Shown piece by piece: positions 34,375 through 42,962 of a DNA stretch of 62,167 bases. Position 1 is the first letter of the stretch; the number at the start of each line of letters is the position of its first letter. Below the pieces are notes generated by a model, which saw only the letters and a list, made by a program, of their open reading frames with translations, searched no databases and was not told the DNA's origin. Source of the stretch: a virus (lineage: Duplodnaviria; Caudoviricetes); the IMG/VR virus record IMGVR_UViG_3300042549_002778, positions 1 through 62,167 of that record; one strand, 5' to 3'. The translations under genes were made by a program, and so were the position numbers.

Positions 34375-34586
34375 ACATCATCATCTCGATCCTGATTGGC
34401 CTTCTTATATCGGCATATGTAGTCTACAAAATAGGAACGTCGATATCCGAAGAAATGGGCAAGATGGAAGCTGAGAATGATCGTCTAAAAAAAGACATGG
34501 ATATCGCCAAGAAACGTGCAGAGGAAATGGCGAAGGATCTTTCCCGTGAGGATGTTGTTGACGATCTTCGTAATGGCAAGTTCTAG
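34371..34586 (+). CDS. i-spanin (Rz-like)
   Basis: N-terminal TM plus coiled coil ending LRNGKF. Confidence 0.7.
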   Translation: MNIIISILIGLLISAYVVYKIGTSISEEMGKMEAENDRLKKDMDIAKKRAEEMAKDLSREDVVDDLRNGKF

Positions 34587-34767
34587 CTTGGCCGGATGTT
34601 CTACTCAAATACAGGCGGGGAATGGTTGTCCCCCGCTTGTTCAGTATAGCGCGCAGACACAGCGCAAAGCTGCCGACGAGCTAGAGAAGATGCCCAAGGA
34701 CTCCGTCGTCGCCAAAATGATCGTGGATTACAAGAAGACCCGCGACGCCTGTCGCATTACGATGTAA
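34546..34767 (+). CDS. o-spanin (Rz1-like lipoprotein)
   Basis: Lipobox LAGC, CPP, C-terminal RDAC; overlaps the i-spanin. Confidence 0.75.
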   Translation: MRMLLTIFVMASSSLAGCSTQIQAGNGCPPLVQYSAQTQRKAADELEKMPKDSVVAKMIVDYKKTRDACRITM

Positions 34768-35380
34768 GATCGTCTACCGATGTCACCACGGCATCCATGC
34801 GGGCCGTCTCAATGATCGGCTTTCCGTAGGGGTCTTTTGGGTCTTGGGCAATCCATTGAACAGCGACGGGTCCAACTCCCTCCGCCATCCAATATCGAGC
34901 GCCACCGCCCGGCTTCCCATCCCAAGCCTGTAGATATGTAAACCTCAAAACATTGTTGTAGATCACGCCCGTCTGCACGCGGAAGGTATCAACCAGGGCT
35001 TCTACGCAGACAATCTGCACGCCCTTTGCCATTGCCGGCGGCCATGATTGCAGAAGGCTCATTTTTGGGTAGCAAACGAATGTGCCCCCAATGTCAAAAT
35101 ATTCGCCCCATCCGATGGGCGGAGACATTACGACCTTCTTGCCGGGGTAGTCATCCCGCCATTCGTTAATCCCGCTTCCGGCGTTGTATCTATAATACCA
35201 TGTGTCTTTCCATGTCAGATGCGCGTCATAGTCAATGTAGAGCATTGAGTCTGACCCGGCATCATAGGCGAAAACCGCTGTGATCGGCGGCATTGAATCG
35301 TCCAGCGCCGTGTAGTCAAAGCGCCTCAATTCGTTTGTTTTGAATATCGGCCAGTAGGCCGGCATAAATATTTTAGACAT
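34757..35380 (-). CDS. Hypothetical protein (aromatic-rich; YWMAEGVGPV)
   Basis: Last gene of the leftward operon. Confidence 0.7.
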   Translation of the reverse strand: MSKIFMPAYWPIFKTNELRRFDYTALDDSMPPITAVFAYDAGSDSMLYIDYDAHLTWKDTWYYRYNAGSGINEWRDDYPGKKVVMSPPIGWGEYFDIGGTFVCYPKMSLLQSWPPAMAKGVQIVCVEALVDTFRVQTGVIYNNVLRFTYLQAWDGKPGGGARYWMAEGVGPVAVQWIAQDPKDPYGKPIIETARMDAVVTSVDDLTS

Positions 35381-35570
35381 TTTCAGTCACCTCCGGCAGG
35401 ACGGACATAACAACATCCAGCTTTTCCCATTCATCTGTTCCACGCTGAAGCTGTAGCTCCCATCCCACGTTTACATATGTGTCATTGCCGTCCTGATCTT
35501 TTTGGATCTGCCAGTGCTGGACGACGCGCAAATCTGTTACGGCGGGTATCTTTGGCTTACGGGCCGGCAT
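35373..35570 (-). CDS. Hypothetical protein
   Basis: Coupled overlaps with both neighbours. Confidence 0.6.
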   Translation of the reverse strand: MPARKPKIPAVTDLRVVQHWQIQKDQDGNDTYVNVGWELQLQRGTDEWEKLDVVMSVLPEVTENV

Positions 35571-36049
35571 TAAAACTTGCTCCTTATTGAGGCAATCAGA
35601 GAAGATATCGGGTTAGCTGTAAGCGAATGGCTTACAGGCTTAACCTTGACTGTCCGGTAGCTATCGCAGGGCTTGACGCCAAGGTTGACAAGGTCGTCAT
35701 AACGCAGGGTCGTTTTTGCGTTGTAGTATTTGGAGATATTGGGCTCCAGCCGCTGCCTGATCTGGACCGGGAGATTGCTCATCATAATGGCCGTAATGTC
35801 CGGCCTGACCATCCCAGTATCCTTTTCGTATGCCTGATGGGCTTTAACCACAGCATTAGGCCCTACGCATACTTTAGGAACTGATAAAGCCAGCACGCAA
35901 GCTGATCGGCAAGATCCAAGGATTTTAACCTGTCGGCCTTCCAGGCTATACTGGTAAGCCATTTCTTCATACTTTTTAACCAATCCGCCGCCGTCTTCAT
36001 AGATGGCAACCGGTTCGTGGTTTGGTGGGGGTGCAACAAAATCGCCCAT
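35570..36049 (-). CDS. ClpP/crotonase-like putative serine peptidase
   Basis: DGGG...ILGSCRSAC...AH resembles the ClpP SPGG / S / H arrangement; RBS GGAGG. Confidence 0.55.
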   Translation of the reverse strand: MGDFVAPPPNHEPVAIYEDGGGLVKKYEEMAYQYSLEGRQVKILGSCRSACVLALSVPKVCVGPNAVVKAHQAYEKDTGMVRPDITAIMMSNLPVQIRQRLEPNISKYYNAKTTLRYDDLVNLGVKPCDSYRTVKVKPVSHSLTANPISSLIASIRSKF

Positions 36050-36070
36050 GATTTTCCTCCATTCCCCACC

Positions 36071-36098
36071 AATCTAGCCTAATCTGACAAAATGTCAA
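36071..36098 (-). promoter_or_regulatory. Leftward promoter with palindromic operator TGACA-N3-TGTCA
   Basis: TTGACA-16-TAGATT on the minus strand; same palindrome at 40347-40359. Confidence 0.6.
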
Positions 36099-36099
36099 A

Positions 36100-36450
36100 T
36101 TATTTTACGGGAGTGACCTTTTTAGCCGTTGGAACAGGCGCAGCCGCCGCTATTTCTGCCTCAAGGCCCTTTTCCAGAATGTCATTGATCCGCGCCATAG
36201 TCGGGTTGCTGGGCTGGAACTCAGACACAAGCGGCTCATGGTCGCCGCCAATGGCGTAATCCGCAGAAAGGGCAAGCGCACGCTCAATGATGCGCTCCCG
36301 GCGGACCTCGTCGTCTGTATAGGGCTCATTCCCACGCCCATGCGCCTCGCGGGAAGCCTGAACCGCGTTTCTGGCGATCGACCGGCAACGGGTCTCCAAA
36401 TCCACGCTGGCGTTTGTAACAACCGCCAGACGGGCAACGTCAATGCTCAT
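36100..36450 (-). CDS. Hypothetical protein
   Basis: RBS AGGAG. Confidence 0.65.
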   Translation of the reverse strand: MSIDVARLAVVTNASVDLETRCRSIARNAVQASREAHGRGNEPYTDDEVRRERIIERALALSADYAIGGDHEPLVSEFQPSNPTMARINDILEKGLEAEIAAAAPVPTAKKVTPVK

Positions 36451-36613
36451 TTTGGTTCTCCTTTCGCACTTGAATGATCGTGTTTACTTTCGGGCCAGTG
36501 CGCTGCCCAAAAGGATTCCTGCGAATTTTACGTTTGATGGCAGCAAACACGCCAGACGCGGAAATGGCCATAAGGGCTCCGGTTAAAGATAGCCCGATAT
36601 AGACCAACGTCAT
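36440..36613 (-). CDS. Small protein with hydrophobic N-terminus (57 aa, not in track)
   Basis: ATGA overlap with the upstream stop; MTLVYIGLSLTGALMAISASGVFAAIKRK. Confidence 0.4.
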   Translation of the reverse strand: MTLVYIGLSLTGALMAISASGVFAAIKRKIRRNPFGQRTGPKVNTIIQVRKENQNEH

Positions 36614-37023
36614 TGCATTGATTCCTGCATAAGCATCATTTCGTATTCGCGGTTATCTGTATCAATCTGATTCTGAAGCTGCTGCAAAAGCATCATGTCT
36701 TCAGCGTCAGTCTGAGCAGCCTTTAGCTCATCAATCTGACGCTGCAATTCTGCGCTGTTGTCAGAATCATCATTGAAGGGTCCGCCATACACGCGGGGAC
36801 CATAGGGAGAGAACTGATTCCGCCCACTGTATGGGCTGAACCTGTTGCCGTACGGCCCAAACCGATTGCATGGGCTGTCCGGGTAAAAGCAGTTATTCCA
36901 CTTCGACCAAGGGTTGTTTATGCCGTCTGGCGCAAACCGATTGCTAGACAGGCTACCGATGTAGTCATCCGCCATAGCGCCCGTTGAGGCGATCAGGGCA
37001 ACCGCAAGAATCAGTTTACGCAT
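36610..37023 (-). CDS. Secreted protein with N-P-Y/F-G repeats and coiled coil
   Basis: Signal peptide MRKLILAVALIASTGAMA; YIGSLSSNRF...PYGNRFSPYS; RBS GGAGG. Confidence 0.75.
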   Translation of the reverse strand: MRKLILAVALIASTGAMADDYIGSLSSNRFAPDGINNPWSKWNNCFYPDSPCNRFGPYGNRFSPYSGRNQFSPYGPRVYGGPFNDDSDNSAELQRQIDELKAAQTDAEDMMLLQQLQNQIDTDNREYEMMLMQESMQ

Positions 37024-37075
37024 GTCATCCTCCATATGTATAGCATTTGCTATCATGCATGGCACAGTCTGTCAA

Positions 37076-37432
37076 TTATTCAAACATGCCACGCCGGGGC
37101 GGCAACGGCATCTTTTCTTTCTTTTCCCGCTTTGGAAATCCGCGAGACTGAATTTTCTGTTTCGGGACATGCGCCCCGATGTGACGCGCCTCTACACGTT
37201 TCGCTTTTGCGATCATAGCCACGTCTTCTTTTGTCTTTTCTGCATGACATGGGATGCAAAGAAGTCGGCTATTTTCGAATGTTGGTTCTCCCAAGAGCCC
37301 GTCTGCGCGGATATGGTCTATCTGAAACTTGGTGCAAAGCGCGCCACATCCTTCGCAAAATACCTGTCCGCCTACGGTCGCAGCCTTGATCCGCTGAACC
37401 ATGACGGCTTTGGTAAAGTTACGCCTAGCCAT
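37076..37432 (-). CDS. HNH endonuclease
   Basis: CEGC...IDHI...N..LLC..CH..KT. Confidence 0.85.
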   Translation of the reverse strand: MARRNFTKAVMVQRIKAATVGGQVFCEGCGALCTKFQIDHIRADGLLGEPTFENSRLLCIPCHAEKTKEDVAMIAKAKRVEARHIGAHVPKQKIQSRGFPKREKKEKMPLPPRRGMFE

Positions 37433-37775
37433 TGAACATTAGCTCTATAATATCTGGATGCTTTGACAGATAATCCGCAGGAAACCTAATTCCTTTTATT
37501 GTTAAGCTTCCAATGCCGTCACCAAGTATCTTATTATCCCAATCATCTTTTGTTCTACCATCGGTAAGATGATGGCAAAAAGCACAGCATAAAACTAAAT
37601 TATCTACTGAATCATTTCCTTTATCACATTTAGGAATTATATGGCACCTTTCTACATAGCCATAGTCCTTGCCACATTCCATACATTCATATTTCTTACC
37701 TTTATATCCACGACTCTTATGATAATTATAAATAGCCAACTTACTTGGCATGTTACGTTTTTGTTTAGCCATCAT
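37425..37775 (-). CDS. HNH endonuclease
   Basis: CMEC...CHIIP...G.DSVDNLVLCC..CH; AT-rich. Confidence 0.85.
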   Translation of the reverse strand: MMAKQKRNMPSKLAIYNYHKSRGYKGKKYECMECGKDYGYVERCHIIPKCDKGNDSVDNLVLCCAFCHHLTDGRTKDDWDNKILGDGIGSLTIKGIRFPADYLSKHPDIIELMFNG

Positions 37776-38037
37776 TCATTTCCAAGGTTTGGCAAATTGC
37801 ATGTTCAATCAGCCACGATTGGGATCTTCCCGTTCTACGTGATAGTTGACGTAACCTTTTCAGGATCGGTGCAGATATCCTTACGTTAAGCTGAACCTTT
37901 ACAATTTGCGTTCGGCTCTCTCTGTTGCCTCGCGGCTTTGTTGTTCGCTGAATCGCATCTTGATCCATTCGAGTTTGACCTTGGCTAGGTTGGCTGCTGT
38001 CTTTGCTTCTACCATCTGGGTTATAAAGGCCATCCAT
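37765..38037 (-). CDS. Ribbon-helix-helix DNA-binding protein (start uncertain)
   Basis: QLNVRIS..ILKRL..LS..TGRS.S.LIE.AI in the last ~46 codons. Confidence 0.6.
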   Translation of the reverse strand: MDGLYNPDGRSKDSSQPSQGQTRMDQDAIQRTTKPRGNRESRTQIVKVQLNVRISAPILKRLRQLSRRTGRSQSWLIEHAICQTLEMNDG

Positions 38038-38210
38038 TCGGGAGAAGACTTGACGGTTAGCTCCGCTTTGCTAACCGCCATGTCCCCAAGGACAGCCATT
38101 TTCTGGGCCAGAACGGCGCTTTTTGTCTCTTCAAACATACGCGCCGTGCTGTCCAGTTCAACCCATTCTTTCGCAGCCAATCTATACCGCTCAGAAAGGG
38201 TCTCTGACAT
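37899..38210 (-). CDS. Coiled-coil hypothetical protein (recombination module)
   Basis: Helical, coupled to the upstream gene. Confidence 0.7.
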   Translation of the reverse strand: MSETLSERYRLAAKEWVELDSTARMFEETKSAVLAQKMAVLGDMAVSKAELTVKSSPEWMAFITQMVEAKTAANLAKVKLEWIKMRFSEQQSREATERAERKL

Positions 38211-38461
38211 TAGAACTCGTCCCCGCTGTTCCCGCCAAATCCGCCTGAGCGATTATTGTCAGGGCCTTTTTCGCGCGGCTCGCTGAACGACAGGGACATA
38301 AAGTTGGTCCCGCTCTTTGACTGTTTAATCCAGCCAGCAACCCGGTATTCAACGCCATTAATCTTGGCAGTTCCCGTCCGGTCGGGATGGTTTTCGGTCT
38401 TCTTGTCTTTGTTGACAAAAAGGCTTCCGGTCATATCCTTGATTTCGTATTTGTCAGCCAT
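38210..38461 (-). CDS. Putative phage ssDNA-binding protein
   Basis: GSLF.NK.K....PD.TG...ING..Y..AGW; Gly-rich acidic tail ending DEF; follows ERF. Confidence 0.65.
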   Translation of the reverse strand: MADKYEIKDMTGSLFVNKDKKTENHPDRTGTAKINGVEYRVAGWIKQSKSGTNFMSLSFSEPREKGPDNNRSGGFGGNSGDEF

Positions 38462-39083
38462 TGTTTTCACCCTTTGCTTCTTCGATTATCTGCTTGTGAA
38501 TAGTCTTATATTCACGCACAATCAAAGCCTGATCCGATAGTGTCAATTTTGACTTGTTTTCCTTATTGGTGACGGTCCAGATTGCAATGTCGTCAGATGT
38601 TTTACATTTTCTCAAGTCTTCCATCATTGCCGCCAGAAGCTTTGCCGACTCCTCATTTGAGGCGTTGCTTGTGGTAATCGTTGTCGCCTTGTTTGCTGTA
38701 TTGCCGTCATCATCTTCGCCGGCAATGCCAACCGCCGCAAACAAAGCGCCGCGCCGTGCATATGTCAGAGCGGCTAATCCATCTTGCGGTTTGTATGGCA
38801 CTCCTATGACCGGGTAATGGCTTGCAAGCCATTCTCCGCTTGTGTGGCCTATGACTGTTTCCAGCATAAGCAGCGTATCCGTCAGGTATGTTCTCTGGAA
38901 AACACATAGACCTACGGCGGACAGGGCGTCGCGAACGACATTCAGACCTTCGTCCAGCGTGGTATAGGTGTTTTTGAAGTGAGAATTTTTGGCATTCTTG
39001 ACGGGATTCTGTATCGTTTTCTGCGCTTCAGCCAGAGCGCCAAAGATCGCTCCGACTGTCTCACTCTGAAACGGACTTGCCAT
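38454..39083 (-). CDS. erf: ERF-family single-strand annealing protein
   Basis: KNAKNSHFK..Y..L; HTSGEW; TYARR..L....GIAGEDDDG. Confidence 0.9.
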   Translation of the reverse strand: MASPFQSETVGAIFGALAEAQKTIQNPVKNAKNSHFKNTYTTLDEGLNVVRDALSAVGLCVFQRTYLTDTLLMLETVIGHTSGEWLASHYPVIGVPYKPQDGLAALTYARRGALFAAVGIAGEDDDGNTANKATTITTSNASNEESAKLLAAMMEDLRKCKTSDDIAIWTVTNKENKSKLTLSDQALIVREYKTIHKQIIEEAKGENNG

Positions 39084-39720
39084 TCTGTTTCTCCTTTATC
39101 TTTTCTCTTGTTTTCTGAACGTCTTCGTTAAGCTCTTTGATAAACGTGACAATCATTTCCCTCATCGTTGCGATAAATATTTCGTCCCGCTCCACTCTCT
39201 GGATGTATAGCTGACCGCCTTCCGGCATACGCGGATCGTAGCATACGAAATCGCACCATTTACGCCCTGTGCAATCTAGCTGCATCTGTATCTGCGTCTG
39301 CCATTTCAGCGGAATTACGTCGGTCAGAAAAATGTCGAGGAATGTCGCTGTATTGGGGCATTTGATTTCGATAAGCCCGTCATCTCCAACAAGGCCATCA
39401 GGGCTACAGCCAGCGCCCAGAATATCAGGATGGTCAACAAAACCGACTTCGCTGACTGTGTCAAAGATCGTGGCTGCATAGGCTGCACGGGCGTTTGGCT
39501 CCTGTTCTGTCCCCCATTTCATGGCGTCGGATGTGAATCCTGTCGCTGTATTGCCGGTCAGAATCTCCAAAAGCAGTTCAGCTTTGTAATTTTGCCGGCT
39601 GGTTGAGAAACCGGTTTTGGTTCTGGCCATGATGTCCGCAACGCGGGAGGCTGTTACCTTGCCCCTCCGCGCGGCGAACCATTCAGGCGTTCCCTGAACG
39701 ATTGCATTTGGATCATTCAT
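39061..39720 (-). CDS. YqaJ/lambda exonuclease-like recombinase
   Basis: QGTPEWF..R.GKVTAS; WG...E; SPDGLV...IEIKCP; QIQ.Q. Confidence 0.9.
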   Translation of the reverse strand: MNDPNAIVQGTPEWFAARRGKVTASRVADIMARTKTGFSTSRQNYKAELLLEILTGNTATGFTSDAMKWGTEQEPNARAAYAATIFDTVSEVGFVDHPDILGAGCSPDGLVGDDGLIEIKCPNTATFLDIFLTDVIPLKWQTQIQMQLDCTGRKWCDFVCYDPRMPEGGQLYIQRVERDEIFIATMREMIVTFIKELNEDVQKTREKIKEKQNGKSVSE

Positions 39721-39952
39721 GTTCCATGCCCCTGGTTGCTTCTGCCTCTACCATTTTCCACGCCTCATTAAATGCAATCACGGCAACCGATAGATGCTTT
39801 GCATATTTGAGGTCAACAAATATTCCAACCTTATCCGCTATCCCGTCGTCAGGCGTGTCGCCAATCTCTATGGCGATGGCCTTCTCGCTTTTGTATATGT
39901 TTGCCTTTAGCGGCCCGTTAGCAAAATATAAAATGGCTCCACCTGTTCGCAT
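39713..39952 (-). CDS. Hypothetical protein
   Basis: RBS AGGAG. Confidence 0.65.
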   Translation of the reverse strand: MRTGGAILYFANGPLKANIYKSEKAIAIEIGDTPDDGIADKVGIFVDLKYAKHLSVAVIAFNEAWKMVEAEATRGMEHE

Positions 39953-39966
39953 GTTGGTTCTCCTTA

Positions 39967-40284
39967 TTAGTAGCAGTAGTCTTCTTCGTAGTTCTGACTT
40001 TCAATGTCAGTGTTTATTGCGTTTTCTATCTTTGGATTTCTGGCCAGAACCTGAAACAGCTTGCCAGTTACCTTGAAGGCTGGCCCCATTCCGTCCAGCC
40101 CCCGATCTTCCATAAGGAAGATGTCCTGAATAGACCATTCCGGTCCCCATCCCGGCTCGCCGCCGTTTTCGTAATCTATGATGAAGGGCGATCCAAGGCT
40201 TTCGATATAATACTCAACCTCAGCCTCAAAGTCGTGGCCCATGAAGTTGATATATGTGCTGGCGCTTGAAACTATGTTTCCCAT
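39967..40284 (-). CDS. Acidic hypothetical protein
   Basis: Start MGNIVSS with GAATGGAG RBS. Confidence 0.65.
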   Translation of the reverse strand: MGNIVSSASTYINFMGHDFEAEVEYYIESLGSPFIIDYENGGEPGWGPEWSIQDIFLMEDRGLDGMGPAFKVTGKLFQVLARNPKIENAINTDIESQNYEEDYCY

Positions 40285-40304
40285 GTCGGTTCTCCATTCC
40301 GCCA

Positions 40305-40376
40305 CTGTTCTATAGATAGCAAATGATAGCATGTCAAGACAGGGGTTGACAAAATGTCAGAATACCATGTAGGTTC
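40305..40376. promoter_or_regulatory. Divergent promoter/operator region
   Basis: Back-to-back TTGACA elements (minus 40332-40337, plus 40346-40351); palindrome tgacaaaatgtca. Confidence 0.65.
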
Positions 40377-40381
40377 TGGTC

Positions 40382-40591
40382 ATGGCTAATCATTCCCTTT
40401 CAAATCCCAAAACGACCCCACTAATCGAGAGCATCGCTTTGGCGCTAGGCGCGAAGAAAAATGCTGTTTACCAATGGCGCAGGAGGGGCGTCCCCCCTGC
40501 GTGGCGAATTGTGATAATCAAGGAAAGTCAGAGAACGAAGAACCCTTTGACCCTTGACGATTTCCCTGACGATATAGTGGTGGTGAAATGA
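40382..40591 (+). CDS. Cro/YdaS-like HTH regulator
   Basis: IA.ALG....AVYQWRRRGVPP.W. Confidence 0.75.
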   Translation: MANHSLSNPKTTPLIESIALALGAKKNAVYQWRRRGVPPAWRIVIIKESQRTKNPLTLDDFPDDIVVVK

Positions 40592-40821
40592 CTGACGATC
40601 TCCACGATGAGGCGGCAAAATATGCCCGCGTAGACAAATCAACGGCGGATTGGAGGTCGCAGATGCTTCAATCCCTGCCTGAAGACATACCAATGTATAC
40701 GGCTGAACGGTTCAAGTATTACAAAGAGGCTGGCATACCCGAAACTGTATACAAGGATCTTGATTCTCAGGTTTTGCATTTGGCTATGCAGGCCAGATTT
40801 CCGGGACAGAATTTATGGTAG
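40588..40821 (+). CDS. Hypothetical protein
   Basis: ATGA coupling. Confidence 0.6.
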   Translation: MTDDLHDEAAKYARVDKSTADWRSQMLQSLPEDIPMYTAERFKYYKEAGIPETVYKDLDSQVLHLAMQARFPGQNLW

Positions 40822-41225
40822 CCATACGCAGGCAGATAGAGTCTGGAATACAGCGGGGGATCGTTCAATACATCCGATCCGTGCTGCCAAGGGCGGTTCT
40901 GTTGGCAATCCCTAACGGGTCTCAAAGAACAGCTTCAGGTCGCCCTGCGAATGCTGTTCCGGGCTTTTTGGCCGGCGCTCCAGATTTGGTTCTGGCACTT
41001 CCAAATGGCCATGTTGTGTGGATAGAGGTCAAGTCTCCGGTTGGTCGGCTGAGCGATAATCAAAGGCATGTTCATGCTTTGTTAAATTCTATAGGGCATG
41101 ACGTAATATTGGCTAGATCAATAGACGATATTCGGGAAGCGTTTGCGTATTTAAAAATAAAAACAAAAGACAAATGGAATGGAGAGCAGGAAAATGACAA
41201 GGACACAACTGGTCTGGAAACCTGA
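40815..41225 (+). CDS. VRR-NUC domain nuclease
   Basis: ESGIQ..I; IPNG; GAPDL...IEVK...GRLS..Q. Confidence 0.9.
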   Translation: MVAIRRQIESGIQRGIVQYIRSVLPRAVLLAIPNGSQRTASGRPANAVPGFLAGAPDLVLALPNGHVVWIEVKSPVGRLSDNQRHVHALLNSIGHDVILARSIDDIREAFAYLKIKTKDKWNGEQENDKDTTGLET

Positions 41226-41787
41226 ATGGATAGATCACGCAAGGTTGATCTTGGCTGCTGGCGGTAGCTTTGGCAACGCTGCAATCGGCGTTAGCAATAA
41301 ATTTAAAGTTACAGTCAGCAGAAATGCAATGATCGGAAAGTTTGGCAGGCTGAAAGAGGCTGGCGAGCTTAATTTGCCGGAACCAGAAATCTGGAGGGGC
41401 AAATCAATGGTTACTCTTGTCAGCTACTGGAACAGGGGCGTATCAGCATCCGAAATAGCCAACATCTTTGAGGTAGAGACGCCTACCTTGAGAAACAAAG
41501 CATACATGTATGGTATGCACCCGCGCGGATCAGAAGCGGGTTTGAGGGTAATAAAAGACAATCCAAAATATCTACAGAACAAGGCTCCTGCGTTTGTAAC
41601 AAAGATGAAGGAGTTTATGAATCCAAAGGCTCTGGGTCTGGACATAATGGATCTGGAAAGAAAAATGTGTCGATTCGTAATTGGCGACAAACCATTCTAC
41701 TTTTGCGCAGCCCCGGTAGAAGTTGGTTCGCCAGTCCCTTACTGCTCATATTGCAGGAAGGTCATGTATGTTCCAGTAAAAAGGTAA
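41194..41787 (+). CDS. gcrA: GcrA-like cell-cycle regulator
   Basis: W...VSRNAMIGK..RL N-terminus; DL...CRFVIGD..F.FC.......PYC..C C-terminus. Confidence 0.8.
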   Translation: MTRTQLVWKPEWIDHARLILAAGGSFGNAAIGVSNKFKVTVSRNAMIGKFGRLKEAGELNLPEPEIWRGKSMVTLVSYWNRGVSASEIANIFEVETPTLRNKAYMYGMHPRGSEAGLRVIKDNPKYLQNKAPAFVTKMKEFMNPKALGLDIMDLERKMCRFVIGDKPFYFCAAPVEVGSPVPYCSYCRKVMYVPVKR

Positions 41788-41791
41788 GGTT

Positions 41792-42316
41792 ATGTTGGTC
41801 GAACAGCAAGAAAGAGACAACATCGTCGATCAATTGGAAGAATTGCACAATTCGTCCGGCGTGGCCATTTTGAAAGTCGCGTCTAATGAGTTGCGCAGGC
41901 TGTATTCTATCCTGAATGAAAGGGTCGCCAAGGTTGACGTAAAACAGGCTGAAAATATTAACGTCAGAATGGCCGTTGTAATGAGAACTTGCGCAAAGTA
42001 TTTCACTCTATCCAAAGAGGAACTTACGTCGCATCAGCGGATGGCCTGTTATAACATGCCACGTCACATAACCATGTATGTGGCACATAAAATCACAAAA
42101 CTATCTTACGTGCAGATAGGCAAGTGGTTTGGAAACCGGGATCATTCGACGGTTATCCATGCCTGTCACAAGATCCAGAACATGATTGAAGACAACAATC
42201 TCGAATGTCTGAAGCAAGTAGAGCAGATCATCGCTCTTTGCAAAACAGAAGCCCTGCGTGAACATCAACTCATAGAGGATGCCAAGATATGTCAGAAGAA
42301 AATTCCGAACTTGTAA
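41792..42316 (+). CDS. DnaA C-terminal (domain IV) DNA-binding protein
   Basis: PRHITMY......LSYVQIGKWFGNRDHSTVIHAC.KI. Confidence 0.9.
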   Translation: MLVEQQERDNIVDQLEELHNSSGVAILKVASNELRRLYSILNERVAKVDVKQAENINVRMAVVMRTCAKYFTLSKEELTSHQRMACYNMPRHITMYVAHKITKLSYVQIGKWFGNRDHSTVIHACHKIQNMIEDNNLECLKQVEQIIALCKTEALREHQLIEDAKICQKKIPNL

Positions 42317-42612
42317 GTCTCAATGAACATGATCTCAGGGTTGCGATCCTAAAGACCGTAGAGGGCTGCACGTCATTTCTGGATGGCGTGGTTCAGGAAA
42401 ATAAAATGGACGCCGCCCAGATGATCATGGTTTCCGTAAACGTGGCGGCTCATTTGATGGCCAGAAACATTCTGTTTGCAAACGGACCAAAGGGTCGCGT
42501 CGATCTGTGCAAGCATATGTTGTCAGACGCCGCTGAAATCATTAATGACGCCCGCAATCACATAGACGTTTCGGAGCGTGAGCTTAACAATACCATCATC
42601 CGGCCAAATTGA
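42289..42612 (+). CDS. Hypothetical protein
   Basis: RBS GAGG; operon position. Confidence 0.6.
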   Translation: MSEENSELVSLNEHDLRVAILKTVEGCTSFLDGVVQENKMDAAQMIMVSVNVAAHLMARNILFANGPKGRVDLCKHMLSDAAEIINDARNHIDVSERELNNTIIRPN

Positions 42613-42629
42613 CCGGGCCCAGAAAGGAC

Positions 42630-42667
42630 GACGGCGGCTTGACTAAAAGCCAGCCGCCGTCTACTCT
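42630..42667 (+). promoter_or_regulatory. Sigma70-type promoter within a 10-bp inverted repeat
   Basis: TTGACT-17-TACTCT; gacggcggct...agccgccgtc. Confidence 0.65.
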
Positions 42668-42731
42668 GGGAAAGGTTCGGGGCGGCAACCCCTGACCGAT
42701 GACACTGGAAGAGAGCGAAGGAACCAACGCT

Positions 42732-42962
42732 ATGCCATCGGCTAGCAATACAAATACCCCCAAAAAGCCCCGTGATCAAGATGCCGCCTTCGTTGAGGCG
42801 GACATTATTTCGAATCTGCGGCTAACTGCGGACTTTGCCGAACTGGCAGAGCGCCACGCGGCTATTTTCGACGAAAACGGTTTCCGCTATTGCGTTGACC
42901 GATTCCTCGATCATGCCCGACTTGTGTCTACAAACATCAAGAAGCTGAGGGATTTAGGCTAG
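42732..42962 (+). CDS. Hypothetical protein
   Basis: RBS AAGGA. Confidence 0.6.
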   Translation: MPSASNTNTPKKPRDQDAAFVEADIISNLRLTADFAELAERHAAIFDENGFRYCVDRFLDHARLVSTNIKKLRDLG

